From positions 27,528,001 through 27,592,000 of the forward strand of contig OZ365112.1 of NCBI GenBank assembly GCA_977030845.1: a stretch of 64,000 nt of DNA, in the 5' to 3' direction. The notes beneath the pieces were generated by a model that did no database searches, had not been told where the DNA came from, and saw nothing but the letters and a program-made list of their open reading frames with translations. A program made the translations under genes and the position numbers. Below, in pieces: positions 12,661-26,350 of this stretch. How positions within the stretch are numbered: position 1 is the stretch's first letter; every line of letters begins with the position of its first letter. The stretch is from Fimbriosthenelais zetlandica. Taxonomy: Eukaryota.

Positions 12661-15035
12661 TCATCCTCTTGGGTCTTGAAGATAGATGGGCATAAATTAA
12701 CCCAAAAATAACCCAAAATTTCAAATTCCATATAGGGCCTATGTCTTTACACATATTTCTTGTTGTATTTGTCAAGTTTGTTTTGGTAGTCCTACCTATT
12801 TATTGTGTGAGAATGAAAATCCTGGCTTCCCTCTCCCTTAATTCAATTCATCCCTTCAAATAATTAATATTGCAGAGAAAAAATCTAATCCCCTCAGCGG
12901 GGGATTATCCATATACTTGTATTGAATTAAAGACGAACTTAAAACCTATTTAGAGAAAAAATATTGAAAGTAAACTGAAATATTAGAAAGTGAGTCAGTG
13001 ACACTATCTCCCAGTGGCCAACGAGCCCAACTCCTTTGATATAGAATCACTTCATTATTTGGTATGTTATAAATCGATGGAAACAAGTTGTAAGTACTAG
13101 CTCTATTCAGGACCTTTGTGTCGAACATTCAACTCTATCCCTCGCCCCCTTTTCATTGCCTTCGTTAAATAACCGTTTAAATTACCTGGAAAAGATTTAT
13201 CGGAAGGTAAGAAAGAGGGACCCCACCGAGCTTTCTCTGAAGGTGCCCACTTTGATTCATGACTTTGATTTAGTCGCCCGAGAGAGAATATAACATTTGT
13301 AAGATTTTCAGCACTTGTATGCATCCCTCGGTTCTTTGTTAAGTTGTAGGCCTCAAACACACTAAGCAGATGGTGTTTTACGTATGTGAGGGAAATTAGG
13401 TCGAATTTAAAACAAAAGAATGTCTGGTAAAGAGGTTGTTTGCACTCGCTCACTTGAATGCCGTTGGGCTCCTTGCGTAAGCAACTGTTGTCTATATATA
13501 TGCAAACTCGGTGCATGACAGTTGGTGATTTTCAACTTGCATAGGATTTTTATTTTTTGACTGAACATATGTCTTTTCTAGAGCTTTTCATCCGAATGAG
13601 TTGTCCCTTATTTCACTCCACTTACAGTAATTTATATTATGAATCATGGCCAGGCAAAAATCATTTTCTGAAGGCTTAGTGTGTTCTAGGCTATAAGGGA
13701 ATCAATAGCTTGATCAGAACAAGTGTATCACAAATTTCTCTCTCGCCACAGAAGGGGGTAAGCATGTGTAGATTATTCACCGTCTTTGTTCGGGATATAT
13801 TGGTAGGAGGGGGAGACGAGGCTCTAAAATATAAATAAAGCCATGTATACGCCAAAAGACAAGATCTGCTAGAGCAGGCTGAATGAACATCTCGCGCGCT
13901 AATCTCGTTCCCAAATCTCGTCCGCGAGATCTGACATATCGAGGCCATTACTCAACTAGTCTCGATCTCCGTCGTCGCAACTATTTTCCGAATTAATTTA
14001 ATTCCGTGAGTTCTGAAATTGGTATGCCTTCCTTTATTAAAACTTCAATTATAATTCATGGGAAGTTGCATGTTAAAAAATACAGATTTGTTGTCGGAAA
14101 CAAAGGGGGTTATTGCAAAAGAGTGATATCTACACTTCATACATAATATTTATTTTATTTTTGTTCTTTAAAAAATCACAACACATAGGCCTACTAGATT
14201 GAATTGAAGATATTTTTTAATACCAGACAATAGTAGTAGATCCTTATATACCAAGACAAAGGGAGTTATTTATTTTATTTGAGTTATTTTTATTAAGAGA
14301 AATAAAAAAGTATGTGCAAATATTGGCTGGGCTGGGCGTCACGGTCGGGCTGGGGTTGGCATGGTGACAGTTGTCGTTTGATACGCTTTGATTGTTTGGC
14401 AGCTCGTCCTCTCCTCCCCGTCACGGTCCGTCCACCTCTCCCGCTCACCCCGCCGACCTTCAAGTTTTGATATAAGATGTCTTTCTGGTTGGCTGACAAA
14501 TTAATGATCGTGTTTGCATGGAGGGCAAGCTAAGATAATGATCCCAGGCTGGGGAGTGAGGAGGTGGGGGCTTTAAGTAACGTTTACCGTGCTAATAAGG
14601 GCTAGTCGGTTATGGACATTGATATAGGGGCAGATCTTATATAGATGGGGGTCAAGGAGCATATTGGGACATTTTCGCTCTGATTTTTTAAAATAAGTTT
14701 TTGGAGGAAAGATATCAGATTTCCCTAGATGATTTTTTACCATGTTTATGCACCATGTAATTGGGCTTGTTGGGTTGTATAAATTCATGCATCATCTACA
14801 ACTGTTTTTTATACTTGTAACCGACCCAGATGGCTTTCATTTTTTGTCGTTGCCCATTTAAAATACATTATTATTTTCCTACCCATTCATATCCCATTAA
14901 TAAGCTTGATACTCCTTATATGGTCCTAATTTTAGATACTATATTACGCTGTCGCTCACATATTAAGTGCATTACATGGGATGTTCTAGCGTCAGCTTCA
15001 TTTCAGAATAGACTGTTCCCCTCGTACTTTCAGGG

Positions 15036-15250
15036 TGTTGTACAGGCAACCTCGTCAATAGCGAGGGTACCCTCGTCGAGTGATTGCATTGTTCAAATGC
15101 TGTTTTCTTGAAAACAGTGCTTGAACAATTTAATGCAATCTCGAGCAATTATCCAAGCCCTTTTTTCAAGAAACAGCATTTGATCAATGCCATCGCTCGA
15201 CGAGGGTACCCTTGCCGACCCTCGTCATTGACGAGGTTGCTTGTACAACA
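15036..15250. mobile_element. MITE-like inverted repeat (arms about 80-87 bp, spacer about 50 bp)
   Basis: The left arm tgttgtacaggcaacctcgtcaat...gagggtaccctcgtcgag...aaatgctgttttcttgaaaa is the reverse complement of the right arm ttttcaagaaacagcattt...ctcgacgagggtaccct...attgacgaggttgcttgtacaaca, apart from a few mismatches and one indel. Confidence 0.8.
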
Positions 15251-16809
15251 GGGGGATAGTGATGCTCATAAGATTCTTCGTTTGGGTCATGGAAAATCAC
15301 GTAAAAGTCATGAAATTCAAACTAGAAATTGTGTGGGAACCCTGGACCTTTCAGGGGCTGATCATTACATGCAATATGGTCTAATGACATTGTTAATTAG
15401 TCCGCCAATATAGCGTGCATAGCCGGGATTAATACAGTGAACCCTTAATGTGAGCTGGGTATATAGTAATGATGAGGTATAATTATACCAACCTGAGATG
15501 TCAACAATTAACACGTTATTTATGCTACCTGGCCCGGCTAATCATCGCTCACTGTCACTAAATACATACATCTCAGTCTTTTTACATTATTCATTTCTCC
15601 CCAGAGTAATTACGACAAATGTTCTTCCTTTCTTTGAAAATAGTTATTAATAAGATTTTGGCCACATTCCAATGTAGTTGGGTACTATAATGATTATGGG
15701 TGTGTTTGCTTGAAAACCTTTTAATCATATCATGTTTGCTAAATATATTTAGTAATGATATATGCCCTATATGCTCAGCCGTGGTAGGGTTTGAAGGGTC
15801 GATGTATAGACCCATATCTATGGCGGTTGAATTTGTCGTTCAGAGGAAAATTGTGTGATATCGAGATAATATTTTTTTGACATGGAAGTTCATAATCGTG
15901 ACAGATTACTTGGTTTTATCTTCATGGGTTCGTTTCAGATGCTTTATATAAATCCACATTCACTTCAAATTAAAGATGTCCCTGATTTAATACGTGTACT
16001 CTTAATTTGCACTGGTTTTAATTGAAGTTACAGTTTTCGACCCTCTCTTAATTTAAAGGTGCAAAAAGTAGTTTATTACTAATTTCGAGTATTAAGTCGA
16101 GATTTGTTTTAATAAATTGCCTAATATTGTAATTAAATCACAAATATGTTTGATAATATTATATTAATTATGTCATTTAGAAGATCTAAATTATTTAATT
16201 ATAGTATTTTAATAATTGGGTTAGATTAATAAGAATATATTTCAAGGGCATCAGTATATTTTGGTATAGTGTTAAATAAATCATAAATCATATATACCTC
16301 CCGTAACAATAGATAAATGAAAGACCTTTCTTTTAACAGTATCAGCTTAGATCAAGATGGTAAGGTATCGTACGTTGATATGAAATGTAGATGAATACGT
16401 GAAAAATATATTTAATTCAAACGAATTATTTACCACTTAATTTGGATATAAACCTCTAAACGAAGATTGTATAGTGTGGCATGTTGATAAACATGAATAA
16501 TTAGATGAGAATATGTTTAATTTTGAGTGAATTTCTTTAAGGATGATGATGGGTAGAGTGTGGTAGGTTAGAGGGTGGATCCATGCTAGGAGCATGTAGC
16601 AGTATAAACGAGGCTGATTGATGGAGTAGATGTAGGGGAGGAAGATGTAGCGTGAAAGCCACCACTGGGAGCGATTTGCACGCTGTCTACCTCGTCTATG
16701 ATTATATCATTAAACAGCCGGGCTGGGGGTAGAGTATTGATGAGGGCTGGTGTACTCTATACTATATATCTACATACATAGACATCTAATATATGTATAT
16801 ATATCTATC

Positions 16810-17126
16810 TCTCGCCCTCTCTCTTTCCCTCTCACTCTCTCTTTTTCACTCACTCTTTCCCTCACACCCTCTCAACTATTCGTCATCTCTCTCTCTCCTT
16901 CACTCTCTCGCTTGCCCTCCCTTCCTCTCTCTCATTCTCTTACCCTCTCTCTGTCCCTCCTTTTGTCTCTCCCTCCTCCCTTGTCTATCCCTATCCCCCT
17001 CTCACTGTCCCTTTCTCTCTCAACCTCTCTCTCTCTCTGTGTCCTCCCTCTCTTTCTCGCCTTCCCTCACTCTCTCACTCTCTGTCTCACTCTCTCGTCC
17101 TCTCTCGCCCTCTCTTTCTCTCTGCC

Positions 17127-17179
<53 letters not shown>

Positions 17180-17184
17180 CTCTC
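16810..17184. repeat. (CT)n-rich polypyrimidine microsatellite
   Basis: Degenerate CT tract ending in a pure (CT)n run. Confidence 0.95.
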
Positions 17185-18854
17185 ATGAAAGTTAATATTT
17201 CATCCCGATCAGTAAAGTTTCCAACCTCCAGGGGTGTAAGGAGGGACAGAATCAGGGGTCCCGCATGTCGGTTTGATCGGAAATTATTTAGAAATTAAGC
17301 AATCCAGAGGATGGCAACTATTGACAATTTTGGCGTTTTGATTGGGGTTTTCAATGTCGGCGAGGGAGAAAAATGCAAAGCCGGGGTGAAATTTTCCTGC
17401 CGTGAAATTAATTTGATCTGGTATTCAGTTACTACAGTGATACATTTCAGCCTTGTGAAAGGAGCACGACGGCTGCGACCGAAATCTATTATAGCGATCA
17501 CTGCTTCAACCCTGACCCCGCAGTCTCTATGTCATAGTCCGCCCCATAGTGGCAGCCATAAAGGCTCAAGTTGTGTTTCAATAAAGTGGCTTTGGTTGAG
17601 TGTATAGGTATAGAGGGAAGGGGGGGTGAAGGGTAGAGGTAGAGGGGAGAGGAAGGACTGGAGGGGTTGTGTTGTGGGGTGTTGGGTTACACAGGCAATT
17701 GTTGCTAGGACTCGGGGCGCCTAGGACATAGTGAAGGAGGTGGGGCCGGTCGTTCTATGGCTGAAACAATACCCTCGCACCCAGCTTGTTCCCAGGTGGG
17801 GCGGGCGAGGTGCGAAGCTTGGGGCTTTCTCACTCTCCCATTGTCAAGTGTGGATATTCTATCTTATATTAGCCCAGGCAGGCTATGTGTGCTGGGTGTA
17901 ATGTGAGAGGGTCGGCACCGGCAGGAGACCGGCCCACAGAGCCGGCCTTACCGGCATGTGTTGGGGTGGAGCTGGGGGGCTCCCCGGTCCCTCCACGCCC
18001 CTTTCCTCTGTCCCCTTTTAGTGGTCCGATCCGGGCTTTTGTGTGGGTTGGGATACGGCCCCCGCGGGGTGCCCCGAACGGGGCAGGCGGAAACGGGCCT
18101 CAAAAGTCTGGAACACAAGGGGACGATGAAAAAAGTATGTCAACAAATCTTTGAAATTCCGAAGCCGTGGGTGAGTGGGGGGAGAGGTAAGGGGTGGTTT
18201 GAATAGGGGGTGGGTGTGTGGGGTGGGGTGGGTGCCCCTGCTGTGGGGTGGCGTCAAGGAGTGGGGGTATATATAGGGGGTCACTATATGCACCCCTAGC
18301 CCCTAGAGCTGTGTGTTGTGGGTGCATTGGAGGTGCATACATGTATACATAATCTGAAAGCAATGCCCAATTGCACTGTCATATATATAATTCACTTGCA
18401 TATATCAAAGGGCATATAGTGCCATGCGATCTGATAGGAATGTAGAATGCAGAAACGGACCCTGCAATGGTATACGAGATAAAAATGAAGCCATGATGAA
18501 ATTAGCTCCTTCGGTTTCTTAGTAAAAACTTGCAGGGATTGTTTCCTAGAAAAGATCACTATCCCATAGAATTATCATTAGATGGCCTGTAGAATGACCT
18601 TAAGATATTGTAGCACATCATTGTTATGAGATGGGTTAGGTGCTTGATGATTTAAATAGTCCATATGTATTGTCATAATCAACTTTATTTTATGAAATGG
18701 GCAATTAGATATATGCAGCAGGTACCGCGGGATCATTCCCATTTCCATGTACTACTCACAACTCCACTGGCCGTCTGAGCGGTCAGTGATGACGCGCTAC
18801 TGGTCACTCACCCCAAACTTGACCACCAGGGTGAGTCCGTATAGTAGGGACTAC

Positions 18855-19105
18855 AGTACCTTTAATGTGGTTTGCTTACTGCATCTTTAATGCAGTAGAC
18901 CTACTCTTTATTGCACTTTACATCAGCTTTAATGCTATACAATTCACTGCATCTTTAATACAGTATAGGCCTACTTTACTACACTTTTAATGTAGTGTAC
19001 TTTACTGCATCTTTAATTCAGTACATTTTACATTTTACTGCACCTTTCCTGTAGTGTACTTGCAGCTTTAATGCAGTTTACTTACTGCAATATACTGCAC
19101 CTTTA
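18855..19105. repeat. Degenerate short tandem repeat (tttactgcatctttaatgcag-like)
   Basis: About 8-10 imperfect recurrences of actgca(t/c)ctttaat. Confidence 0.75.
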
Positions 19106-19529
19106 ATCAAATCCCTATAGCAAGACACACACATGCAGTGGCTTCCCAAAATGGCTTCTCAGATTGATCTATGCACAGTCACCCCAATTAGTGATTTAAT
19201 TCCAAAAGCTAACCGGAACAATAATACGACATGTTGAAATATGAATAAATGAATTAACACTAGACAAAGCCCACCACTGTGAGTTATCCTGATACAAAAG
19301 GAAAACGATCCTGACCAATCAAAACTATTCCTTATCAGCGTGGAGGCGACACCTAGCGGTGGAGGGAGATTATATGATATCAAATGTCTAATATTCACCT
19401 ATCATCGCTCACTCACTGCGCTGGGGAGTATTATCATGCCAGTTAGTCTAATAAGGATATTAACTCTACTACAACAAGTATATAAGGTCATATGTAAGGA
19501 CTGTTATTAAGGGGTACGAGTGTTGGATT

Positions 19530-19600
19530 TGTTGGTTAGAACCTCGGCTCGCTGCCTTGCAGATTGCAGGTTCGAATGCAGCAGTACCATCCCCTCACTT
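19530..19600 (+). mobile_element. Possible decayed tRNA-derived SINE head
   Basis: A-box-like TGGTTAGA (19533) and B-box-like GGTTCGAATGC (19569) at a spacing typical of Pol III promoters; no intact cloverleaf. Confidence 0.35.
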
Positions 19601-22600
19601 GAATGGTTGTGCAAGAATTGTGTATTTGTGCAACAAAGGTGTTTCATAGAAGGTTGCCCCCACCCCTTTCCCCCAACTGAAACTTTTATAACCTCTGTAA
19701 GATATATGGAAGGCACTATTTTCTCAAAATAAGTATAATAATGTGATAGTTGATATTTTAGGGAGAATATGCCCCTTTCCTTATATCCACATCCGAGACA
19801 GATTCATATCAGTTCACATAGCGGCACATTTTAATCGACATACTTTATTATATTTGCGAATATTATTAATTAGTCCTTCTTTAAAAAGACTCATATTTGT
19901 GGACAGGTGCTGCAATTGTCCCAAAACACATATACGGGTCGACATTTTGTATAGAACTGTCATTCGTGCCCTAAGGTGATGCAATAAGTCATATTTCTTT
20001 GTAAAATATCTTTAAAATCTATATTTATATATAATTGATATTTGTATCTTTGGCACCCCACAAGTTTGTATCACATATGAATAGGTACTTGTAAGCGACA
20101 TCATTGAATTTCTATATTGATTGAGTCAATCCCTCTGACACAAATAGTCAACTGATGTCTGAATTCAAATGAAATTACCTAATTAATAAAGTACATTAAT
20201 GAATTATCAATTAACAATCGAATGGATCCTAAATCAAATTTATTATTTATACATAATATTCTGAATATGCTACAGTAAGACCTAGATGAAAATACAACCT
20301 TTAAAATCTTTTCAAATGCATATCCCCACCTCATATTAAGTCGTTAAGACAAACTCGCACCCCATATAGTTTCCTAACGTCTCTACAGCGTGGAAGGCCT
20401 AAGTGAATACAACCCTTGACTTATTTCGCTTGAGTGAAAGTGCTATTCTTTCCATTGTCGTCTAGTTATATCTCAATTATTCAATTGTAAATCTACCTGC
20501 CTGTATGTCACAATACACGGCGTGAAATCCGCTGACTCTCCCTGCTTTCCACCTGTCTCTATATTGATATGTATATATGGATATATGTCGTTACGTAATC
20601 ATAATTACCCCTCTACCATAATGACCAGTTGCTTCTCCGTCATAATTATCCAGGACCTTGTAAAAAGTAACACCATGCTCATTATGGCGAGATGAACACC
20701 CCTACCTATATACATAGCCAGTCTAATGATACTCTCAAAATTAAATTTTTATACTTAATTCACGAAAATATTATTTGATTCAATCACTTTTATGGTGATG
20801 TAACCACCTTTTATTAATTGTTTTTATTAAGAAATCGGAAGAAAATTGTGCTATTTTTCTGTGGGTTGGGGTTATTTGAACGGTCGCGAATTTTAAAGTG
20901 ATGTGAAAATAAGCTGTTGAGTTGGGGTCTATATATATGTGAAGGGGTAGATATACACTTTCCCCCTACTGTGAGTATGTGTGTAGGGGTGTGGGGACGG
21001 CCCGGCTGTATAGACCCAGGCTTTATTAGCTCTCTACCAATCCAAGTGTCAAACCAGAGAAGGACAGCTTTTCTCTGTGCTCACTGTGTCGTGTCCGGCC
21101 CTTCAGTAGTGAGGAGAGATGGCCCCAGGCTTCACCTTATATATGTCTCAGTCAAGATGGCGCGCAGCTCTACCCCCGACTACAAACCCCACCCCCACGT
21201 CAGCTCTACCCCCACCCCATTCCCTCATCCCACCCCTTCCCTTCCCCTCCCCTTTTAACTTCCCTCCTCCTCGCCTTCCCCTCCCTTTCTCCCTCACAAT
21301 CGACCGCGACCCCCTCCCCCACCCCCTACTCCCTTCAGTGAGATATCACTGAAAAAATCCATATAATATATTTTATTTGGAATGTGATGCGTTGCAGAAA
21401 AATACATATTTGAAATGTTTCCAGACATATGCTTCTAATGTCGGGACAACTGATAAATCTCAGCTTATTAAAAAGTTTCATTATTCGGTTGAAATATTGG
21501 ACTTTAGAGCAATATAATATATTAGTCTGTGGGAGTAAATTAATAAATATTCTGAGGGAAATGAAATATGTTTAATTAGTTTTGCTCAAAATGATATATA
21601 TACTCAATTTACAAACAGATTCAAGGTTGTATGCGCTCAGGTCTAACTTGCCCAAATCTCTCTAGGGGGCAGGCACGGCTAATCGATCATGATCGATCAG
21701 AAGCTGATCGATTAAGCGTAAACCCAATATTCCCACCACCCACAAAGGCAATATAACAGAGAGAAAGAAAGCGATGGGAGTGGAATAAAAAAATAGGGCC
21801 TACCCTCTAAAGAGGTGGGGGAAGAATTGCAGAGTATGTGCCAAGACAAATAAGAGACAAACAACTAAAGTAGGATCTCTTCTCAGCAAGTCTTCGTGGC
21901 CAGAAAGTTGATGATTTATGACAATATTATGGCATCAGTTCCTGGGATAATAGGTGGCAGGATATGGTTGAAATGCAAAAATGACAATTACTCCATGCCA
22001 GAGAGACTTTCTCCTGTTTGAATTATGTTTCAAATCTTCTCTATCATTCAAGCGTCAAGTCTGTAGTAGTACACATCTTTGCGTTGTTTCCAACTTGTTT
22101 GCGTCCAACAAATTCCAATCTTTTGTTTAAATTATATGACACTCCAATGAATCGCTTCCATAGAGATGCGCGCCAGTATAAGCATCGACGGATGCCGCAC
22201 ATCTTTTCTTATGAAACGGCATCTGGGGCCTGTATCAGACAAACCATTAGCAATGATCTGGGAAGTTTGTGTGTTGAAACGGGCTGATATTGACATTTCT
22301 GTACTCAGACTTCTGCATTGGAACTATGGTGACGAATGGGACCGTTTCAGACAAGTAAATGTTCTCATTTCCCGCGCATCTTTTAAGAAACGCTGTTGGT
22401 GGGTCCGTCTTTCGTGTCTGGTCAATATGAATGATTTCTGTAATGGTATTGTAAACTGGGATGGGGGTACTGCTGCCCAGTGCATGTCTGTCTCTCACCC
22501 CCACCCCCGCCCCCCACCTCAGCGTCTCATGTCGTTTTAGATATTGAACACATTGTTTTGTCGTCTCGCGACATGTCGCTGTCGCCGGCCCCGCGATGCC

Positions 22601-23334
22601 GCCGCCAAGTAATCGCCTCAAAAACAATCCCTTATCACAACCCCATGCTCCTCAAAGGTGGCGACAAAGGTTCAAAAGCTAACTTTTAATAAATATTTGG
22701 CACGCTTAGTAACTCTCCTACCCACATAGTCACGCGTCCTCTGAGGGATAGGGGGTAAGGGTAGGGGACTTTGATGAAGCCAAATATTCAGGGAAAAGTT
22801 CCTGAAAAGTTGTGTTGAGTTTTGAAGTAATCTTGGCGAGTTACTCAATATGGAAGCTAACATGTCTGTCTCGTTTTCAACTATAGTCTGTCTTCCTTTG
22901 ATTGGCTTCCCTGCTGTTCTTTCCGAGGGTTGTTTCATAAAATGTGTGGATCCTTTGACTTATCGAGCAATGCCCTTTTATAATAAACGGCCCCGTTCCA
23001 TAAGATGGCAGGGGAGTGAAAGTAATATAATTATTAGTACGTTTTTGTGAGACATTTGTGTGGCTTGATTTTAATGAAAGTGGGGCGTGGTGGATCTTTT
23101 TTGTAGGGCGTGTGTGGTGTGGTGAATAGGAAGAAAGGGAGAAGGGAGAGACAGATAGGGGTCAACATTGACATTGACGGTCAGTCTGATGTCTATAGGT
23201 GACCTGGGGATGAGAGGAGGATAGTAAAAACATCAACAAGCCATGTTTATGTAACATTAACAATTACATGCTAATGTGCTGGCGTCGAAGCAGACCAATT
23301 ATCCTGTCTCACCATCATCAAGCGCTCTTTCACT

Positions 23335-23660
23335 GGGTCGGGGAGGGTGGGGGGTTGGGTGGGTAGGTGTGGGGGTTTGGTGGGTAGGGGGTGGGGGTTC
23401 TGGGATGGGGGCGGCGGGAGGGAAGGGGGCTGGGGCGTCGGTAGAAGGGTTGGAGAGGCTGGGGTGCATGGGTGGGGATAGGGGTGGGATGGGGGAAGGG
23501 GAGAGGGTTAGGATGGGTGCGGGATATTGGGTTGAGATATGGGAACGCCGGAAGTGGGATGGGGGCGGGGGCTGGAATTGGGGATCGGGGCTCTGAGAGT
23601 AGGTTCGGGATAATGCTCCTAGGGGTTGGGGGTGGGACAGGGAATTGGGAAGGGGATCAG
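23335..23660. repeat. G-rich low-complexity tract
   Basis: Dense GGG runs with G-quadruplex potential on the + strand. Confidence 0.85.
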
Positions 23661-25175
23661 GGGATAGAACAGAAAGCCCAATGTGACGCACATCTTTCTT
23701 AATGACGAATTTCTCATTTTGCTGATAGTGACAACCCAGCAACATGCTCCGATCCTTACAATATTACCCAATCATTCCTACCATTCCTCCTCCAACAAAA
23801 ACTCCCACTAAGTATTCTCGTAACCCATTACAATGTACTAACAATTAGAAACGGTCTAATAGGGCACACCTAGTATTAGGGCATTGCCCCCTCAACCAAT
23901 ACACCAAACACATACTTATCCCACAAAATAAACCAGCCCTACATAAGAGCTTAAAGCCCATATCAAATTAACAAGCCCCAATTAGGAATTATTACACGGC
24001 GGGGGGTTCATTTCTGATGATGGAATCTTTAGTACTGTAATCACTATCTGTGCCCCTCGCCCCTCTCAATCCCTCATTTCTACTGGGCTATACTTATCTA
24101 AGGTTGTGTTTGCAAATTACCGTCTATAATAATGCTCCAATAAAGTAAGCGTTACTTGGGGTTTATCTCATCTGACGCTGATTTATCAACATGTGAAATA
24201 AAAAGAAAATGTGTGATTTGTAAACAGTTAATGTAAGATTTTGTGTATGTGTATCATTATGCATATTGGATGTTGTAATGAAAGTTGGAGATATAGGAGA
24301 GAACTTGCTGCAATGACAATGTAATGCAATGGCAATTGATGTATATAAGGACCTAATACGGAAGTATAAATGTCTGGATAGGACATTGGCAATCGCAAAA
24401 TAGGACAAAAAATGTATAAATGTGTTACAATATGTAAACATCCTATGAAGAATATGAACTTCCTATAGTAGCCAGTGCTGCGCCTCTTTCAAGCTCGGAG
24501 TTTGTCTGAGATACCTATCTGCATATGGACTACTCATATGCGCTACTGGCGCGTAACTTTATTCAACAGACCCGGGGGCTGTTTCATAAAATATCCCGTA
24601 TAGACCTAACCCAACTTAATCATCATGTTTAGTTCATCTTTATTGGTTAACCTTTTCCCTATTTATACTCATGATTGAGTTAATGGTAGTGTTGGCCCGC
24701 CACTGTACTTAGACCTTATTTCTAGGATTAGTAGTAGTGAGAAATTATTCATAATTGCACACATGCATGCGTCTGTCGGCCCATTGGGCACAGAATGAAT
24801 GGGCGAGAGCGTATACTATATCTCCTACTATATAGACATATAATACATGTAGAGGGAGGCATATCTATTATGTGATTTCTTAATTAACCATGGTAATCCA
24901 TTGTAACGCATTAGGCCTCAATTTAGACACCATTTTCACCATTATATGAAATTATACCTCTCTAATGCACCGGGAAATAGCGCTAAATGGAACCATTTGG
25001 AAGCCAGGCGCTAATTTTATGAAACGAGTGTTTGTTGAGATTGTTTCTTGCTCGTGTCCCGATCGTACATCAACGGCAAGGGCTGATGAAACGATCTGGG
25101 TCTTTTAGATGCGATTGGGTTGCGCAGATTTTCATATTAACCTGAAATCTGTATTGTGAAACGATCCCTCGATCT

Positions 25176-25230
25176 GGAGCTTGTTTTAAAACGAGTATTA
25201 AACATATAATAGTCCTTTTGAAACAGGCCC
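25176..25230. mobile_element. Miniature GG(A/G)C(C/T)TGTTT...AAACAGGCCC hairpin element (PIF/Harbinger-like MITE by terminal motif)
   Basis: ggagcttgttttaaaa...ttttgaaacaggccc. Same terminal motif as 53795-53867, with half-copies at about 24574, 22918 and 32527. Confidence 0.5.
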
Positions 25231-25589
25231 TCTATAGGGTCAGTTGCGGTAACTGAATAACATACTTTTACAGATATAATATTAAGTATATTGATGAAAG
25301 ATATTTTCACTTTCTATTGCAGGAGTTGCCTCGAAATACCCGCGGTGTCGATCGCCGTAAGAAGTTCAGAGGTAGGCCTATCTATATTTAGACTTTCTTA
25401 ACAAATATCCCTCAAAAGAATAGAGGTGAAATATGCTGGAAAAGAATAGGTGAAAATGACGTATTTTGGGGTGATTGACTCTCTATGAATGGTGGGTAAA
25501 TTGGTAGGAATGCGTTTGATAAGATCTGGCGGGTTAGCATGTAACAATAGATGTATGATTAAAGCTGCTATGACGACAATGTCACTGAC

Positions 25590-25830
25590 TGAATGACTGA
25601 CTGAATGACTGGATCTCTGACGATGGGTAGATATATGGATGGATGGATGGATGGATGGATGAATGAAACAAGGATGGATAAATGAAACAAGGATGGTTGG
25701 TTGGATGGATGGATTGCATTCGTCCTTAAAGGGATAACGCATGGATGGAAGGCACTCGTTCTTAAAGGGACACTAACATTTATTTGGATGATTGAATGAA
25801 TGAATGAATGAATGAATGAATGAATGAATG
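25590..25830. repeat. (GGAT)n and (GAAT)n microsatellites
   Basis: Direct observation. Confidence 0.9.
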
Positions 25831-26254
25831 GGTTGGGGTAATAGATATTTTAGCACATATATATTATGTTAATCAGTTAAGATATGTCGGCCTACATATA
25901 TTATGTTAATGAGTTAAAGTAGATCATTCCATCAATTTATGAGTTTATAATAATTATTCTATAAGTGAGCTAGCTTATCAATGGTTTTAATGATTGGGTG
26001 AGTATTTCACTAGGTTAATGAATGTTTCAGTGTGTTTGTGGGTGAATTAGTTAAATAATTTAGTACACTCAGAGGACTATTTTGTGGCATTTCTCAAACG
26101 CGCATCATTTTTATGAAACAAAGTCTGGAATAAGTGAATGAATGAATGGGAGGGTGAGAGTATGGTAGACAGACACAGACAAGCTTAAAGCCTCACCATC
26201 CCTTAAGCCAGCGCCACATGGCATCCAACCATGCCTCCCCACCACCACCACCAC

Positions 26255-26350
26255 CACCCACCTGTCAATCACCCCTGACGTCACCCCTCTCCTCCAATCC
26301 GCGTCCAGCTAGGCGTGGCTTAAGCAGACCCTTATTATTCATATGTGTAG
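26255..26350 (+). promoter_or_regulatory. Probable Dlx proximal promoter
   Basis: Within 60 bp, about 400-450 bp upstream of the ATG: TGATTGACAG on the minus strand (26262-26271), TGACGTCA (26276-26283), CCAAT (26294-26298) and a GC-box-like AGGCGTGGC (26311-26319). The TSS itself cannot be determined from sequence. Confidence 0.55.

Noticed and set aside
16750-17298. Leu/Ser-rich ORFs (also 34672-35043, 36722-37505, 58639-58932, 7271-7726, 4071-4315, 23276-23745)
   Set aside because: Translations of CT, GGAT or G-rich microsatellites.
22018-22627. Overlapping 89-126 aa ORFs on both strands
   Set aside because: Hand translation of the other frames showed frequent stops and no recognisable transposase, RT or other domain.
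23281-23295. BMP/Smad composite GGCGTC-N5-AGAC
   Set aside because: The SBE is in the opposite orientation to the canonical GRCGNC-N5-GTCT; a single site, likely chance.
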